Shown here: positions 23,827-34,518 of the stretch, one piece after another
How the letters are laid out: each line of letters opens with the position of its first letter
How positions within the stretch are numbered: the first letter of the stretch is position 1
Source of the DNA: Nitrospirota bacterium
GTDB lineage: Bacteria; Nitrospirota; Nitrospiria; Nitrospirales; NS-4
Assembly: GCA_963788195.1 (NCBI GenBank)
Contig: CAWBGA010000005.1
Location: 1-64,000 of the forward strand
DNA length: 64,000 nucleotides
Direction of reading: 5' to 3'
The notes under the pieces: model-generated
The model's input: the letters and a program-made list of their open reading frames with translations, nothing else
Database searches by the model: none
Told to the model about the DNA's origin: nothing
Translations under genes and position numbers: made by a program

Positions 23827-24876
23827 TTAGTCGGCCTGCTGGATCGCCGACAGCAGCCACTTGCCGCCCTGATAGCGCATAAAGGTCCAGGCTTCGGTTT
23901 CCTCTGTCGCTGTGCGGTCGTTTCCCTCAGCCACGTAGCCCGGTTCCCCACGCTGTTTATTCAGCGATACTGAGTAATCCCGCGCCGACCACCGAAACAG
24001 CACTGTCGCATAATCTGTCACATCCTCGGTCCAGGCTTCCTGGACCTCGGCGCTCAGCACGCGAAGGTCTTCCACATGATTTTCAAGTTCCTTGCTGGCG
24101 TTTTCGCTTAAGGCAGTGCTGAAATAGTGGAGCACTTCCGGGGTTGTCAGACGTTTCAAAGCATCCAAGTCCTGCCGGGACCAGGCGGCTTGCACATCGC
24201 GCAGGATCTCCTTGAAGCGGTCCTGGTCTACTGTATTGATCGGAATAGCAACCTGCTGCGGGCTCATGAAACCCCCTTCAGAAACCGGAGACACTTTAGG
24301 CAGACCGCGCCGAGGCCAATACGTAGTGCTATCGCCCGACGAGTTTCGCATAAGGCCGGCATACGCAGGTGTCGCGCTCGGGCTGCGTCGGACTTTCATG
24401 AAGTAATAGACCGCAGCTGCGCCTAAAAGCATCAGCAAGAGAAGCATGAACATGGAACTGCCGCCGCTCTCGCTCGCGCCTTCCGTGGCGCCGGCTTCAC
24501 CGGGCGCCGCCTGGGTATTACTGGCCCCGAACAGCATATGGCCGATCCACGATCCCGCCACGCCGGCTGCCAGGCCCGTAAGAATGGGATGACGCTGCCA
24601 GAAGGACGGGGAGCTTGGGGCTTGGGGTTGCACAGCCGGCGCGGCAGGCCGCGCTGCTGGCGGCGCCGCGGAGGGCGCCGGCGTCGTGGAACGTTCAATA
24701 GGCTTAAACCGGTTATTGTCAAAGGTCCGCGATCCCCGACTACCGAAGTTTCCGGACCCCCCGCTCGAGTAACCGCCCGACCCGCGGCTTCCGCCGCTGG
24801 CTTTCGCGAAAGACAGTGTCGGGGTGGCAGTCATAGCAAGCACCACCATGAGAGCAATCAGCTTTGGAGTGTTCAA
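23827..24876 (-). CDS. Tim44-domain protein
   Basis: Signal peptide, GSRGSRT, TM segments, VQAAWS..D...L..LTTPE and E.WTF.R..GGKWLLSAIQQ. Confidence 0.9.
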   Translation of the reverse strand: MNTPKLIALMVVLAMTATPTLSFAKASGGSRGSGGYSSGGSGNFGSRGSRTFDNNRFKPIERSTTPAPSAAPPAARPAAPAVQPQAPSSPSFWQRHPILTGLAAGVAGSWIGHMLFGASNTQAAPGEAGATEGASESGGSSMFMLLLLMLLGAAAVYYFMKVRRSPSATPAYAGLMRNSSGDSTTYWPRRGLPKVSPVSEGGFMSPQQVAIPINTVDQDRFKEILRDVQAAWSRQDLDALKRLTTPEVLHYFSTALSENASKELENHVEDLRVLSAEVQEAWTEDVTDYATVLFRWSARDYSVSLNKQRGEPGYVAEGNDRTATEETEAWTFMRYQGGKWLLSAIQQAD

Positions 24877-25029
24877 AATGAGTATCCTTTCGTAAAGAAT
24901 CTGGGTCGAGTACTATTTATTATAGTACCAGGAATCGCGGAATCAAGTGCAGTTAAGATTGCGGGCCATATGATCAGGCAATAATTAGGAAGCATCAGCT
25001 AGGCTGTACGAGTAAAGAGGAGAATTCTC

Positions 25030-25644
25030 ATGAAAATCCGAATTGTTCTCGGGCTGGTGCTCATGCTGGCGCAACCAGGCTCTATTTTCGCCGAAGGAAA
25101 GGATCAAACACCCAGCGCTTCCCGGCTCGAGAAGGCGACGTTTGCCGGCGGGTGCTTCTGGTGCATGGAAGAAGCGCTGGATCGATTGGAGGGGGTCATC
25201 ACGACGACGTCTGGCTATACCGGTGGGCAAAAACGTAATCCGACGTATGAGGAAGTCTCCGCAGGCGGGACCGGCCATGCAGAGGCTGTCCAAATCACCT
25301 ACGATGGGGCAAAAATCGATTATGAAAAGATCCTGGAACTCTTCTGGCGTAACATCGATCCCACCACCCCCAATAAACAATTCTGCGATGTCGGCAGTCA
25401 GTATCGCGCGGCCATTTTCTATCACAATCAGACGCAAAAGCGCCTCGCCGAAGACTCGAAGAAAATGGTGGAGAGGACCAAGAAGTTTTCGGAGCCGATT
25501 GTCACCGAGATCATTCCGGCCACAGAGTTTTATCCAGCTGAGGAGTACCATCAGAACTTTTATCAGAAGAATCCAATCAGGTATAAGTTCTACAAGTACA
25601 GCTGCGGACGTGCCCAGCGGTTGCAGGAATTGTGGGCTCACTGA
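25030..25644 (+). CDS. msrA: Peptide-methionine (S)-S-oxide reductase, exported form
   Basis: Signal peptide, AGGCFWCME, GHAEAV and FYPAEEYHQNFY motifs. Confidence 0.95.
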   Translation: MKIRIVLGLVLMLAQPGSIFAEGKDQTPSASRLEKATFAGGCFWCMEEALDRLEGVITTTSGYTGGQKRNPTYEEVSAGGTGHAEAVQITYDGAKIDYEKILELFWRNIDPTTPNKQFCDVGSQYRAAIFYHNQTQKRLAEDSKKMVERTKKFSEPIVTEIIPATEFYPAEEYHQNFYQKNPIRYKFYKYSCGRAQRLQELWAH

Positions 25645-25739
25645 TACAGGCCGGCACAGCTACCACAACTACAATGGCTGATCGCAACAATAGCCTGTTG
25701 GTCACGGCTCGAAGCTGAAAGTGGCGGCCCGCCCGTTGT

Positions 25740-26591
25740 TCAGCTCCGGGTTCTTTTGCGTCCGGCAGAAGCGCGCCCGCGGCCAGACCGCGCTTTGGAA
25801 GTACTACGCGCCGAGGATTTAGAAGCGCCGCGGCCCTTCTTTCCTGAGAGCCTTGCGCCACGCGCCGACGTTGAGCCTGTCCGGGATGATGCACGGCCTT
25901 TTCCGGCGGTGGCTCCCCGCCTCTTTTGGCCTTTTGCCACTGCACCCGCCCGCCCTGACGTCTGCCGGGACAGACTTCTTTGCCCATTTGCACCCACCCG
26001 CCCTGAAGCCGTCCGTTTACGCTGAGCGACACCCGATCGATTCGTCTTCTGCATTAACTGCTGCTTTCGCTCCGCCATCTGGCGCCCAAGCTCATCAAGG
26101 TCCAGATCACTCTCCTCGGCCTTCGGCAGGACTTCGTCTTCCTCTTCTCTCACGTGGTGCCGGACACTTTCGGCCAGTACGGTGAACTTAGCCGCGAAGC
26201 GATCATCCTGTGGCGTCATTTCACTGAGCTCCGCCATCAGTTGCTTGACGAGATGGTGTTCTTCCAGCGCCTCGTCCATTGTGTCTTGGTGCTCTTTCGA
26301 GTCGTCCAGCCTCCGGATCGCCGGGTACACGATCTGCTCTTCCAGCGCGGCATGAACCTCAAGTTCAGCAAGGGTCGAACGCACAATATCCGCTCTTTTT
26401 CGGTTATCGTCAGTCTGCTCGAATTGCTCAAATAGATGCTCGACCAAGACATGGTCATCTTTCAACATCTGAACGGCATTCGGATTACCGGTTGGGGAGA
26501 AAGTTCTAGATGCAAGCCCTGCAACGACTCCCACGGTTTCTGCAATGGTTTCAAGACCCTTCGTCAGGGTCCCCCTTGTATCGTTCTTCAT
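25740..26591 (-). CDS. Hemerythrin-domain protein with a basic low-complexity tail
   Basis: DH..V..LF, H...EE...YP, EEH and HHVREEE motifs; R/S/G/K-rich C-terminus. Confidence 0.88.
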   Translation of the reverse strand: MKNDTRGTLTKGLETIAETVGVVAGLASRTFSPTGNPNAVQMLKDDHVLVEHLFEQFEQTDDNRKRADIVRSTLAELEVHAALEEQIVYPAIRRLDDSKEHQDTMDEALEEHHLVKQLMAELSEMTPQDDRFAAKFTVLAESVRHHVREEEDEVLPKAEESDLDLDELGRQMAERKQQLMQKTNRSGVAQRKRTASGRVGANGQRSLSRQTSGRAGAVAKGQKRRGATAGKGRASSRTGSTSARGARLSGKKGRGASKSSARSTSKARSGRGRASAGRKRTRS

Positions 26592-26791
26592 ATCAGTCCT
26601 CCTAATTTCTTACGAATCCACATGTAGCTAGGAACAGCGCTCAGAGATATCCTACGAAAGGAGGCTCCCAAGGGGAGGGTGTTGACATTTTTACGTAGCG
26701 AGGGAGTTTTTGTCGATTGCTCTCATAAAGAAAACTTTGCTACGGATGTTGACCTGTGACAATTTTGCGCCATTTAAACGAGGAGGTTGAT

Positions 26792-27184
26792 ATGGTGAAG
26801 ACACTTGCAATCGCAGTCTTGGCGACGGTCATGGTCATGGGAGTAAGCCTGAGTAGTTTCGCCGGCGCTAAAGATTCAGCTAAGGATCCAAGTGCAGGAC
26901 AGTCCAGCTCGGAATTGGGTTCAATGAGTCCACAGTCGGGCTCGCCGTCGGAGAGCGGGAAAACAGGGATCGGTTCGACTTCAGGAGCTGACGCCAGCGT
27001 CGGTACCGGACTCAAGAGCACAACGCAGGTTCCGTGCCCGGAACAAAGTGCTGCGTCGAGTGCTAAACCAGATTCCAAAGTAGACGCGTCGAAACCGCGT
27101 AGCAGCGCCGAAATGAGCGCTCGTATGGGCGCTGATCCATGCATGGAGGGTCCGGCTTCCGGTCCACAAAAAGAAACCCGCTAG
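26792..27184 (+). CDS. Secreted Ser/Gly-rich hypothetical protein
   Basis: GGAGG RBS, signal peptide, low complexity; hairpin follows at ~27194-27226. Confidence 0.65.
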   Translation: MVKTLAIAVLATVMVMGVSLSSFAGAKDSAKDPSAGQSSSELGSMSPQSGSPSESGKTGIGSTSGADASVGTGLKSTTQVPCPEQSAASSAKPDSKVDASKPRSSAEMSARMGADPCMEGPASGPQKETR

Positions 27185-27303
27185 GGGGTTCAAGCCTGCC
27201 CTGCCGCTTCGAACGCGGCAGGGCTAGCTATTTCTGCCGATTGACGGTTTTTCCCCGCTGAATTAGATTCCTCGGATCGTAACCCCGTTTGCCGAGTGAT
27301 GAC

Positions 27304-28398
27304 ATGAAACCAGGGATAGTATTTCTCGGCGCCTTGCTTGCGGCGGGCCTCCCTATCTGTTCCGCGGCCCTGGCAAAAGACCGCCCCGCAGCGCCCCTGC
27401 GGTTGGAAACGGTCATTGTACGGGATCCCGCGGTCAACAATATCGAAGCCTTCCGGATCCTTATTCCCTCAGGATGGAAGACCAGCGGTGGCGTGGTATG
27501 GCATCACGATCGCTCCAATCTGGCTACAGTGGCAATGCGCGTCTGGAATCCAAATGGGCCGGAGGCACTCGAAATCTTTCCGAATGTGCCCTTCGTCTGG
27601 ACCCAAGGCGGGATCGTATTTTTTCCGATCGGCAGCAACTATTTAGGGAATGAGGTGCGGCCGGTGCCCGCGGATATTGCCGCGTTTGTCCAGCAATTCG
27701 TGCTTTCTCAATATCGCAGGCAATTCACGAATCCGCGGATCACCGATCGTCAGGTTCTGCCGCAGATTGCAGAGACAGTGGCAAATGCGCAGCAGGAACC
27801 GGGCATCAACAAACAGGTCAAAGCGGAACGAATCCGGACTGAGTACATTGAAGCGGGAAACCCTATGCAGGAGGATGTCTACTGCGTTCTGGTGGCTTCG
27901 ACCTCGTCGATGTTGCCGGGTACAACGTTTTGGGGTTCAGACCGCCTGTATGGTTTTAAGACGGCAAAGGGGAAACTGGATGAACTGGCGGGACTGCTTC
28001 ATTCGATCAGCGCGTCGGTGAAAGTGAATATGGCTTGGTTCAACCAATATCTTCAGGTCGTCCAGATGTGGCAGCAGAACCAAATGCAGAGTATCCGGAA
28101 TGCCGGCGAGTTAAGTCGCTACATCGCGAAAACGAATGACGAGATCAGTGCCATGAACCGCCAGGCGTATGCGAATCAACAGGCATCCTCAGATCGGATT
28201 AATGCGCGATTCAGCCGTTACGTTCGAGGCGTGGAATCGTACGAGCACCCCTTTGAGGGCCGATCGGTGGAATTGCCGTCCGGCTACCGTGAGGTCTGGG
28301 TATCCGGCAGCGGAGAGTATCTGTTATCGAATGATGCTGGATTCAACCCGAATGTCCGCTCTACTCAAAGCTGGCGACTCATGAAGCCCAAAGAGTGA
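27304..28398 (+). CDS. Exported hypothetical protein
   Basis: Long ORF with an N-terminal signal peptide. Confidence 0.7.
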   Translation: MKPGIVFLGALLAAGLPICSAALAKDRPAAPLRLETVIVRDPAVNNIEAFRILIPSGWKTSGGVVWHHDRSNLATVAMRVWNPNGPEALEIFPNVPFVWTQGGIVFFPIGSNYLGNEVRPVPADIAAFVQQFVLSQYRRQFTNPRITDRQVLPQIAETVANAQQEPGINKQVKAERIRTEYIEAGNPMQEDVYCVLVASTSSMLPGTTFWGSDRLYGFKTAKGKLDELAGLLHSISASVKVNMAWFNQYLQVVQMWQQNQMQSIRNAGELSRYIAKTNDEISAMNRQAYANQQASSDRINARFSRYVRGVESYEHPFEGRSVELPSGYREVWVSGSGEYLLSNDAGFNPNVRSTQSWRLMKPKE

Positions 28399-28412
28399 GA
28401 TGCCCTGTCAGA

Positions 28413-28821
28413 CTAATCTTTCTCCGCCGGCGTGACCGCATCGACGAAGTATTCGGTGGCGCCGAAGCACTTGGTCGGGATGTGGCGGTACTCGTGGTAG
28501 TGCAGAATGACCTTCCTGCCAAGTAACTCGGCCATCTTCTCGGCTACGGCCCCGTCCCGAACGCTGAACTCCCAAATGACAGGAGCCGTCCCCGGCACCG
28601 TGCTCATGGCAAGCTCTCCCTTCATAGGTTTTGCAGATCCAGCCCTTCCGGGAAAATTTCTGCAAATAGCCGGAGCGGTCTCCGTCTGAATAACTCCAGT
28701 TCAAGGTGATCCAAAGGAATACGAAGAACAAAATGACAGGCATGAGGAGGAGGCCGATCAGGAAGCGTTTCACGCTTTGCCTCCAATCACGCGGGGGACG
28801 CGAAATAATTGCAGAGGCCAT
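28413..28821 (-). CDS. Conserved membrane-anchored hypothetical protein (frameshift near 28620)
   Basis: YSDG.RSG.LQKFS.KGWICKTYEG continues as ELAMS...WEFSV...V.LHY.E in the adjacent frame. Confidence 0.7.
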
Positions 28822-28847
28822 TGTCCAGCTCGGAGAAGGCCGCTTCC

Positions 28848-29354
28848 TTACGTCAAGCCGCAGGACCGGTGCCCGGTCTTTTCGAAATAGCGCTGGTGGT
28901 ACTCTTCGGCGCGGTAGAACTGGGACGCGGGCGTAATTTCCGTGACGACGGGTCTGGCGAACCGCCCTGACTGCTGGAGCTTGTCTTTGGAGGCTCTCGC
29001 AACGGCTTCCTGTTGCGGGGAATGAAAGAAGATCGCTGAGCGATACTGTGAGCCGACATCCGGGCCCTGCCGGTTCAGGGTCGTCGGATCATGGATTTTC
29101 CAGAAAGTTTCGAGAAGATCTTCATAGGAGAGAATCCCAGGTTCATACTCAACCTGAACAACCTCGGCGTGTCCCGTTTGTCCCGTGCACACGTCCCGAT
29201 AGCTCGGATCCTTGCTGTGTCCTCCGGAATACCCGACGGCGGTTGAAGTCACGCCGTGCACGTCCTGAAACGCGGCTTCCACGTGCCAGAAACAGCCCGC
29301 CCCGAATGTCGCCTTTTCCATTTCCCGGCTCCCGGTTGCAATGTGTGTGGACAT
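28848..29354 (-). CDS. msrA: Peptide-methionine (S)-S-oxide reductase, cytoplasmic form
   Basis: GAGCFWHVE, TGHAEVV, NRQGPDVGSQYRS and AEEYHQ motifs. Confidence 0.95.
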   Translation of the reverse strand: MSTHIATGSREMEKATFGAGCFWHVEAAFQDVHGVTSTAVGYSGGHSKDPSYRDVCTGQTGHAEVVQVEYEPGILSYEDLLETFWKIHDPTTLNRQGPDVGSQYRSAIFFHSPQQEAVARASKDKLQQSGRFARPVVTEITPASQFYRAEEYHQRYFEKTGHRSCGLT

Positions 29355-29435
29355 GGTACCTGAACTCGTCTGTCTTCCGCTAGTCTGATGGGCAGCGCTG
29401 GCGGTGAGGCTGGCTGTTATGGTATCTGAGACCGC

Positions 29436-31663
29436 ATGGCCGCGGTTTCACTCCTTCTGCTGATCCCGCCGTTAACGCAGCTCAACACGCCGTATCCCTC
29501 CACCGCGTACCTGACCGGGTTTTTGAAATCCCGTGGCTATGCGGTTGGAAATGCAACGCTTCCTGATCCAGCCTCGCCCGGCATGGTGTGCCAGGCCGAT
29601 ATCGGCCTTGACATGGTGCTGGGATTGTTCTCGCGCCCGGGCTTGTCGCTCATTTTCGACCGGATTCGAAACACGGCAGACCTGCCGGGTGAAGCCCGGC
29701 AGATGTTGGCGCTGGAGCGGGCGTATCTCGATTCGATTGAGCCTGTCGTGGGATTTCTTCAAGGAGCCGACAATACGCTCGCGCCTCGCATCTGCCAGGG
29801 CGGCTTCCTGCCGCAAGGTCCGCGCTTTGCCGGCGCAAAAGAAAACCGCAAGGCTACACAGGTCGATCAAGCGCGTCATCTGGCCGCGCTTTATCTTGAA
29901 GATCTTGCCGATCTCGTGCATGAAACCGTAGCCCCCGAGTTCGCGTTGACCCGCTATGCCGAGCAGGTCGGCATCTCGGCTTCATCTTTCGATACGGTCA
30001 TGCGCTCCCTCGCCGCGCCCCCGAGCTTTACCGACCAGCTCATGCTGGATGCGTTGTGGCGCCACATGGAGGCCAGCGATCCCACGGTAGTGGGTCTGAC
30101 AGTGCCATTTCCCGGCAATCTCTACGGAGCGCTGCGTATCGCGCAGGCCGTCAAATCACGCCGTCCCAGTGTGCGCACGATATTGGGCGGGGGGTATGCG
30201 AACACAGAGCTTCGCCGTCTGCAAGATCCTCGGGTATTCGATTATCTTGACTATGTCACGCTCGACGACGGCGAGCGGCCACTCCTATGTATTCTGGAAC
30301 ACCTGGCCGGCAAACGGGAGGAGACGGCACTCCGGCGCACGTTCCTGCGTTCTCAAGGCAAGGTGGTCTGGTGTGACGGAGCCAGGGAGCCCGACTTCAC
30401 CATGGCCGAGCTGGGTACGCCGACCTATGCCGGATTGCAGCTGTCAGGCTATCTCTCGGTGCTGGACACTTTGAACCCGATGCACCGGCTCTGGTCGGAT
30501 GGCCATTGGAATAAACTGACGGTCGCGCACGGCTGCTATTGGAAGCAATGCACCTTTTGCGATGTCGGATTGGATTATATCGGCCGCTACGAGGCCACAC
30601 CCAGCGAGATTCTGACCGACCGCATCGAGGCTCTGATTGCGGAGACTGGGAGCAGAGGTTTCCACTTTGTCGACGAAGCCGCGCCGCCGGCAGGCCTCAA
30701 AAGCCTCGCCCTATCGTTGCTGGAACGCGGGGTCGTCATCACCTGGTGGGGGAACGTCCGCTTCGAATCCGCGTTTACCCCCGACCTGTGCCGTCTGCTC
30801 GCGGCATCGGGGTGTATTGCGGTGAGCGCCGGGCTGGAAGCCGCATCGGATCGGCTTCTTGAAGAGATGAAGAAAGGAATTACGGTGGCGGGCACCGCCC
30901 GCGTCGCCTCCGCGTTTCGCAGCGCCGGAATTCTCGTTCATGCCTACTTAATGTACGGGCTGCCGGGAGAAACAGTCCAGGAGACGGTCGATAGCCTGGA
31001 GCGGGTGCGACAACTGTTCGCGCTTGACCTCATTCAGTCCGCGTTCTGGCACAAGTTCACCGCCACTGCGCATAGTCCCATTGGCTTGGACCCGAAGGAA
31101 CATGGCATCAGTATTACTGGGCCGACGTTTGCCGGGTTCGCGGAAAATGATTTGACCCATGAAGATCGCCAAGGCGAAGCCCCGCAGTGGCTTGGAGAAG
31201 GTCTGCGGACCGCCTTGTATCACTATCAGGAAGGAGAAAATCTGGCGGTGGATGTCCGGAGCTGGTTCAAGCCGCCGTCAGGCAGAGCGCTGACGCGGCC
31301 TCGGGTCGCGAAAACTTGGGGCGCCAAGGCGCTAGGGCGAATCCGATCTCCCAAAGTGCTTTGCCGGAGCGGCGCTTGGTCTGGATCGGCGGCATGCCGG
31401 TTCTTGAAAAGAACGGAAGGGAACGCTGCCGAATAATTCTTCCCGGCCGTGCGGAGGACGCTGACCTGAGGCTTCCACCAGATACGGCGGTTTGGCTGCG
31501 CGATCTTCTTAATAAGGCAACGCCGACACGAGGAAAACGAGACGGCTATCCGCGCCTCACTGAGGTCAGAAGAGAATATTACCTCGGTCCGCAGGCATTC
31601 GATACCTTGGTCCGATCGGTGACCTGGAAGAAGGCACGCGCTGTAGGCCTGCTGCTGGTATGA
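29436..31663 (+). CDS. B12-binding-domain radical SAM protein (frameshift near 31350)
   Basis: CYWKQCTFC motif, GGGYANTE and FVDEAAPP. Confidence 0.88.
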
Positions 31664-31768
31664 TCTGCATCTGCTTACGCCACCTAGGCATCTCATGTCA
31701 TGACTAACTAAAATATAAGTTCATTTTTGACTGGCCCGCTGATTTATCGCGATCGAGTGCGAAGATTT

Positions 31769-32640
31769 TTATCGGGCTAGTCCTTGGAATGTTGCGCGCA
31801 AGCCTTCCACGACGCGACCCAAGGCCTGGTAATTAACCTTATCGGGCGTGTCTTCGGCCGTATGATAGTACGGGTATCGATAAGGGGCGGTATCGGTGAC
31901 CATAAAGGCCGGATAGCCGGCGCGCCAGAAGGAGGCATGGTCGCTCCAGTCGATACCGGGGACCATTTCGAACGTCGATATGGTCTCTATCGGAAAATTG
32001 GAATGGGCGCTGGAATAGCCTATGCGCCTGTTGGGTGACCGCGCGCGAGGGAAGATTGGAAACAAAGACGATGAAATTTCCCTCGATCCGGGTACAGCAG
32101 GCGAAATAGCGCCGAAGGAAAAGGAAACTTCTGACTAGCAGGGGCATCACTGTAGTACCCCATCGTTTCCAATGAGGCCATGACCCGGATTTTGTCTCCA
32201 CGGTCACGAGCCCTTTGGGCATAGACCCTGCTGCCCATGAGCGGAGTCCGGAAGTAGGGCTGCTCTTCGTTCACAAATGCAACGAACCGGACGGAGGTCT
32301 GGGGCGCAACGTCAGCAAACGCCCTCGAGATCTCCAACAGAGCCGCCACTCCGGTGCCGTTGTCGTTGGCGCCGGGGCTGCCGACGACCGAATCGTAATG
32401 GGCGCCGATCAGCAGGAACGGAGCCTCCTTCTCTCGCCCCGCGCGAGTGATTTCAAGGTTCGCCCATCGGTCTCCCTTCAGCGGATATTCCTGGCGCACA
32501 ACGTTGTAACCCTGCGCTTGCCAGACTTGGGCGATATACTCCTCAGCGCGGTGCAGCGCCTGCGGTTTGGAGGTATTGCGCTCGCCGATGTCTCCCGCTA
32601 AGGCCTGTACATGTCTTTTCAGATTTTCAACAGAGATCAT
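31769..32640 (-). CDS. M28 family peptidase (frameshifted into three pieces)
   Basis: GAHYDS, PGANDNGTG, FVNEE, SDHASF and YHTAEDT motifs. Confidence 0.88.
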
Positions 32641-32870
32641 TCCAGTCTATTCCCTCCGTATCAGCGTCGGCCTGGATGAGAATGCGTTGCTGACAATAAA
32701 TGGTGTCAACCTTATTTAACACTTCTCATAATCTAGAAAGCGACAAATCGCGTAAGGACCCGGACACATCCGTGCGCGCGTGTGGCATTTGTCCGAAGTT
32801 CCGTGCCTCTGCCCTTGGTGTTGGCCTATTGTGTGAAGATACCTAGTGGTGTAACCTAGGTAACAGACCG

Positions 32871-34509
32871 ATGGTCACAGCACATCATCGGGCGCAGCAT
32901 TGGGAACGACTCGTGTATAATATCGAGCATCATATGTACGGTACAAAGACTGCTTTGCCCTTGCTGTTCATTGCGGGCATGGCGTTCATAGGCCATTCCG
33001 TGCGCATCCACTCATGGCGCCGAGGCTGTCAGTGTTCCTGCCGGCGCTGCTTCTGATGTGGCGGTCCCTAAGAATGACGGCCTACCCCCCAGGAGGATCC
33101 GGCGATCGCGGAGCTTCGAGAAGTGATCAGATTGGATCCCACTCACGCGAATGCGCATTATGAGCTCGGCGTCGAGCTCTATACCTCCGGGCAGATCGCA
33201 GAAGGCATTGCCGAATTGCGGGAGGCCATCCGACTTCAGCCGCGGCACATTGATGCCCGGTACCATCTTGCGAAGGCCCTGATGAAGGAGCGAGACGCCC
33301 TTCTACAGACTGAGACAAATCGCGGAGCGACAAGCCGAGAGCCTGTTCTGGCCGAAGCCTATCTTGAGCTTGCGAAGGCTTTGATCGCTGCCGGTGATTT
33401 TCCTCAGGCCGTCATGGAGCTGCGGGAGGCGCTTCGCCTAGAGCCCAATTTTGCCGAAGCGCACGCCACCCTCGGTTTTGCCTACTTCAATATGGGCGAT
33501 GTGGAAAACGCGACTGATGAGTATCAGACGGTGGTGCGGCTTAAACCGGCAATCGGAATGTCACACCTGAATCTTGCCACAGCCCTTATGGCCAAGCATG
33601 ACTGGGCCTCAGCGCGAAGGGAGCTTCAGGAAGCACTTCGGCTGCAGCCGGATCTCGTCCAAGCCCAGTACAGTCTGGGTGCCGTCGCGTATACCTTGGG
33701 CGACGTTGCCGCGGCCATTGATGCCTATCGCAAGACCCTCAAACTCAAAGCCGATTATTCAGAGGCGCATTACAGTCTCGGTCTCTTGTTGAAGTTGACC
33801 AATCGTGAAGCAGAGGCCGTGGAAGCCTTCCATGCTGCGGCGGAAGCGGGATTGCCCAAGGCGCAATATTTTCTGGGGGCCGCCTATGCGTCAGGGCTTG
33901 GCAAGGAGCAGAACTTCACTGAGGCTGTGAAGTGGTGGTTGCGAGCGGCGGAACAAGGGATGCAACCGGCATGGGAAGCACTGGCGAACCTTCGGCGGAC
34001 GGCGACGCTGAACGTCAAACAATCGTCGAACGAGGCGCGCGCCATTCTCATCGCGTTTCAAGAGTTACGAAGCGAGATCTGGCGCGAATTTCCCGATCTT
34101 GAGAGCAATCCCGAAGGAAGTGCGGGCGTGGCTCTGCTCGGACGCGGACAATCGCAAGAAGCGATTTCTGTACTGATTCGTGAAGCCTACGCGTTAAGCG
34201 AATTGGCGGAGACGCAGTTAGAAGCCATCTACGAGCAGGGTATTGAAGGGCAGATTCCTGCGTACGATCCCGAGGGTCCTCGCCTACTTCAAAGCCATGG
34301 CACCGGAAGGAGCTCCCCGGTCGCGTATCATGCTGGCGCGCATTTACGCGAAGGGTTGGGGAGTCCCTCAGGACCTCGATAAAGCAATGAGCTTGCTCAG
34401 AGGCAGTCAGGATGAGGAGGCGCGACGCATGCTGAAAAAGCTCTCCGCCCTGCAGCAGGAGATCCGAGCCACAAAGCATATACAACCGGCTTCCCCAGTG
34501 ACGCAGTAA
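32871..34509 (+). CDS. TPR and SEL1-repeat protein (frameshifted)
   Basis: Multiple TPR repeats (EA.RL.P..A.AH..LG) and SEL1 motifs AQYFLG..Y..GLG / A.KWW.RAAEQG. Confidence 0.8.
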
Positions 34510-34518
34510 TCGCCCTCC

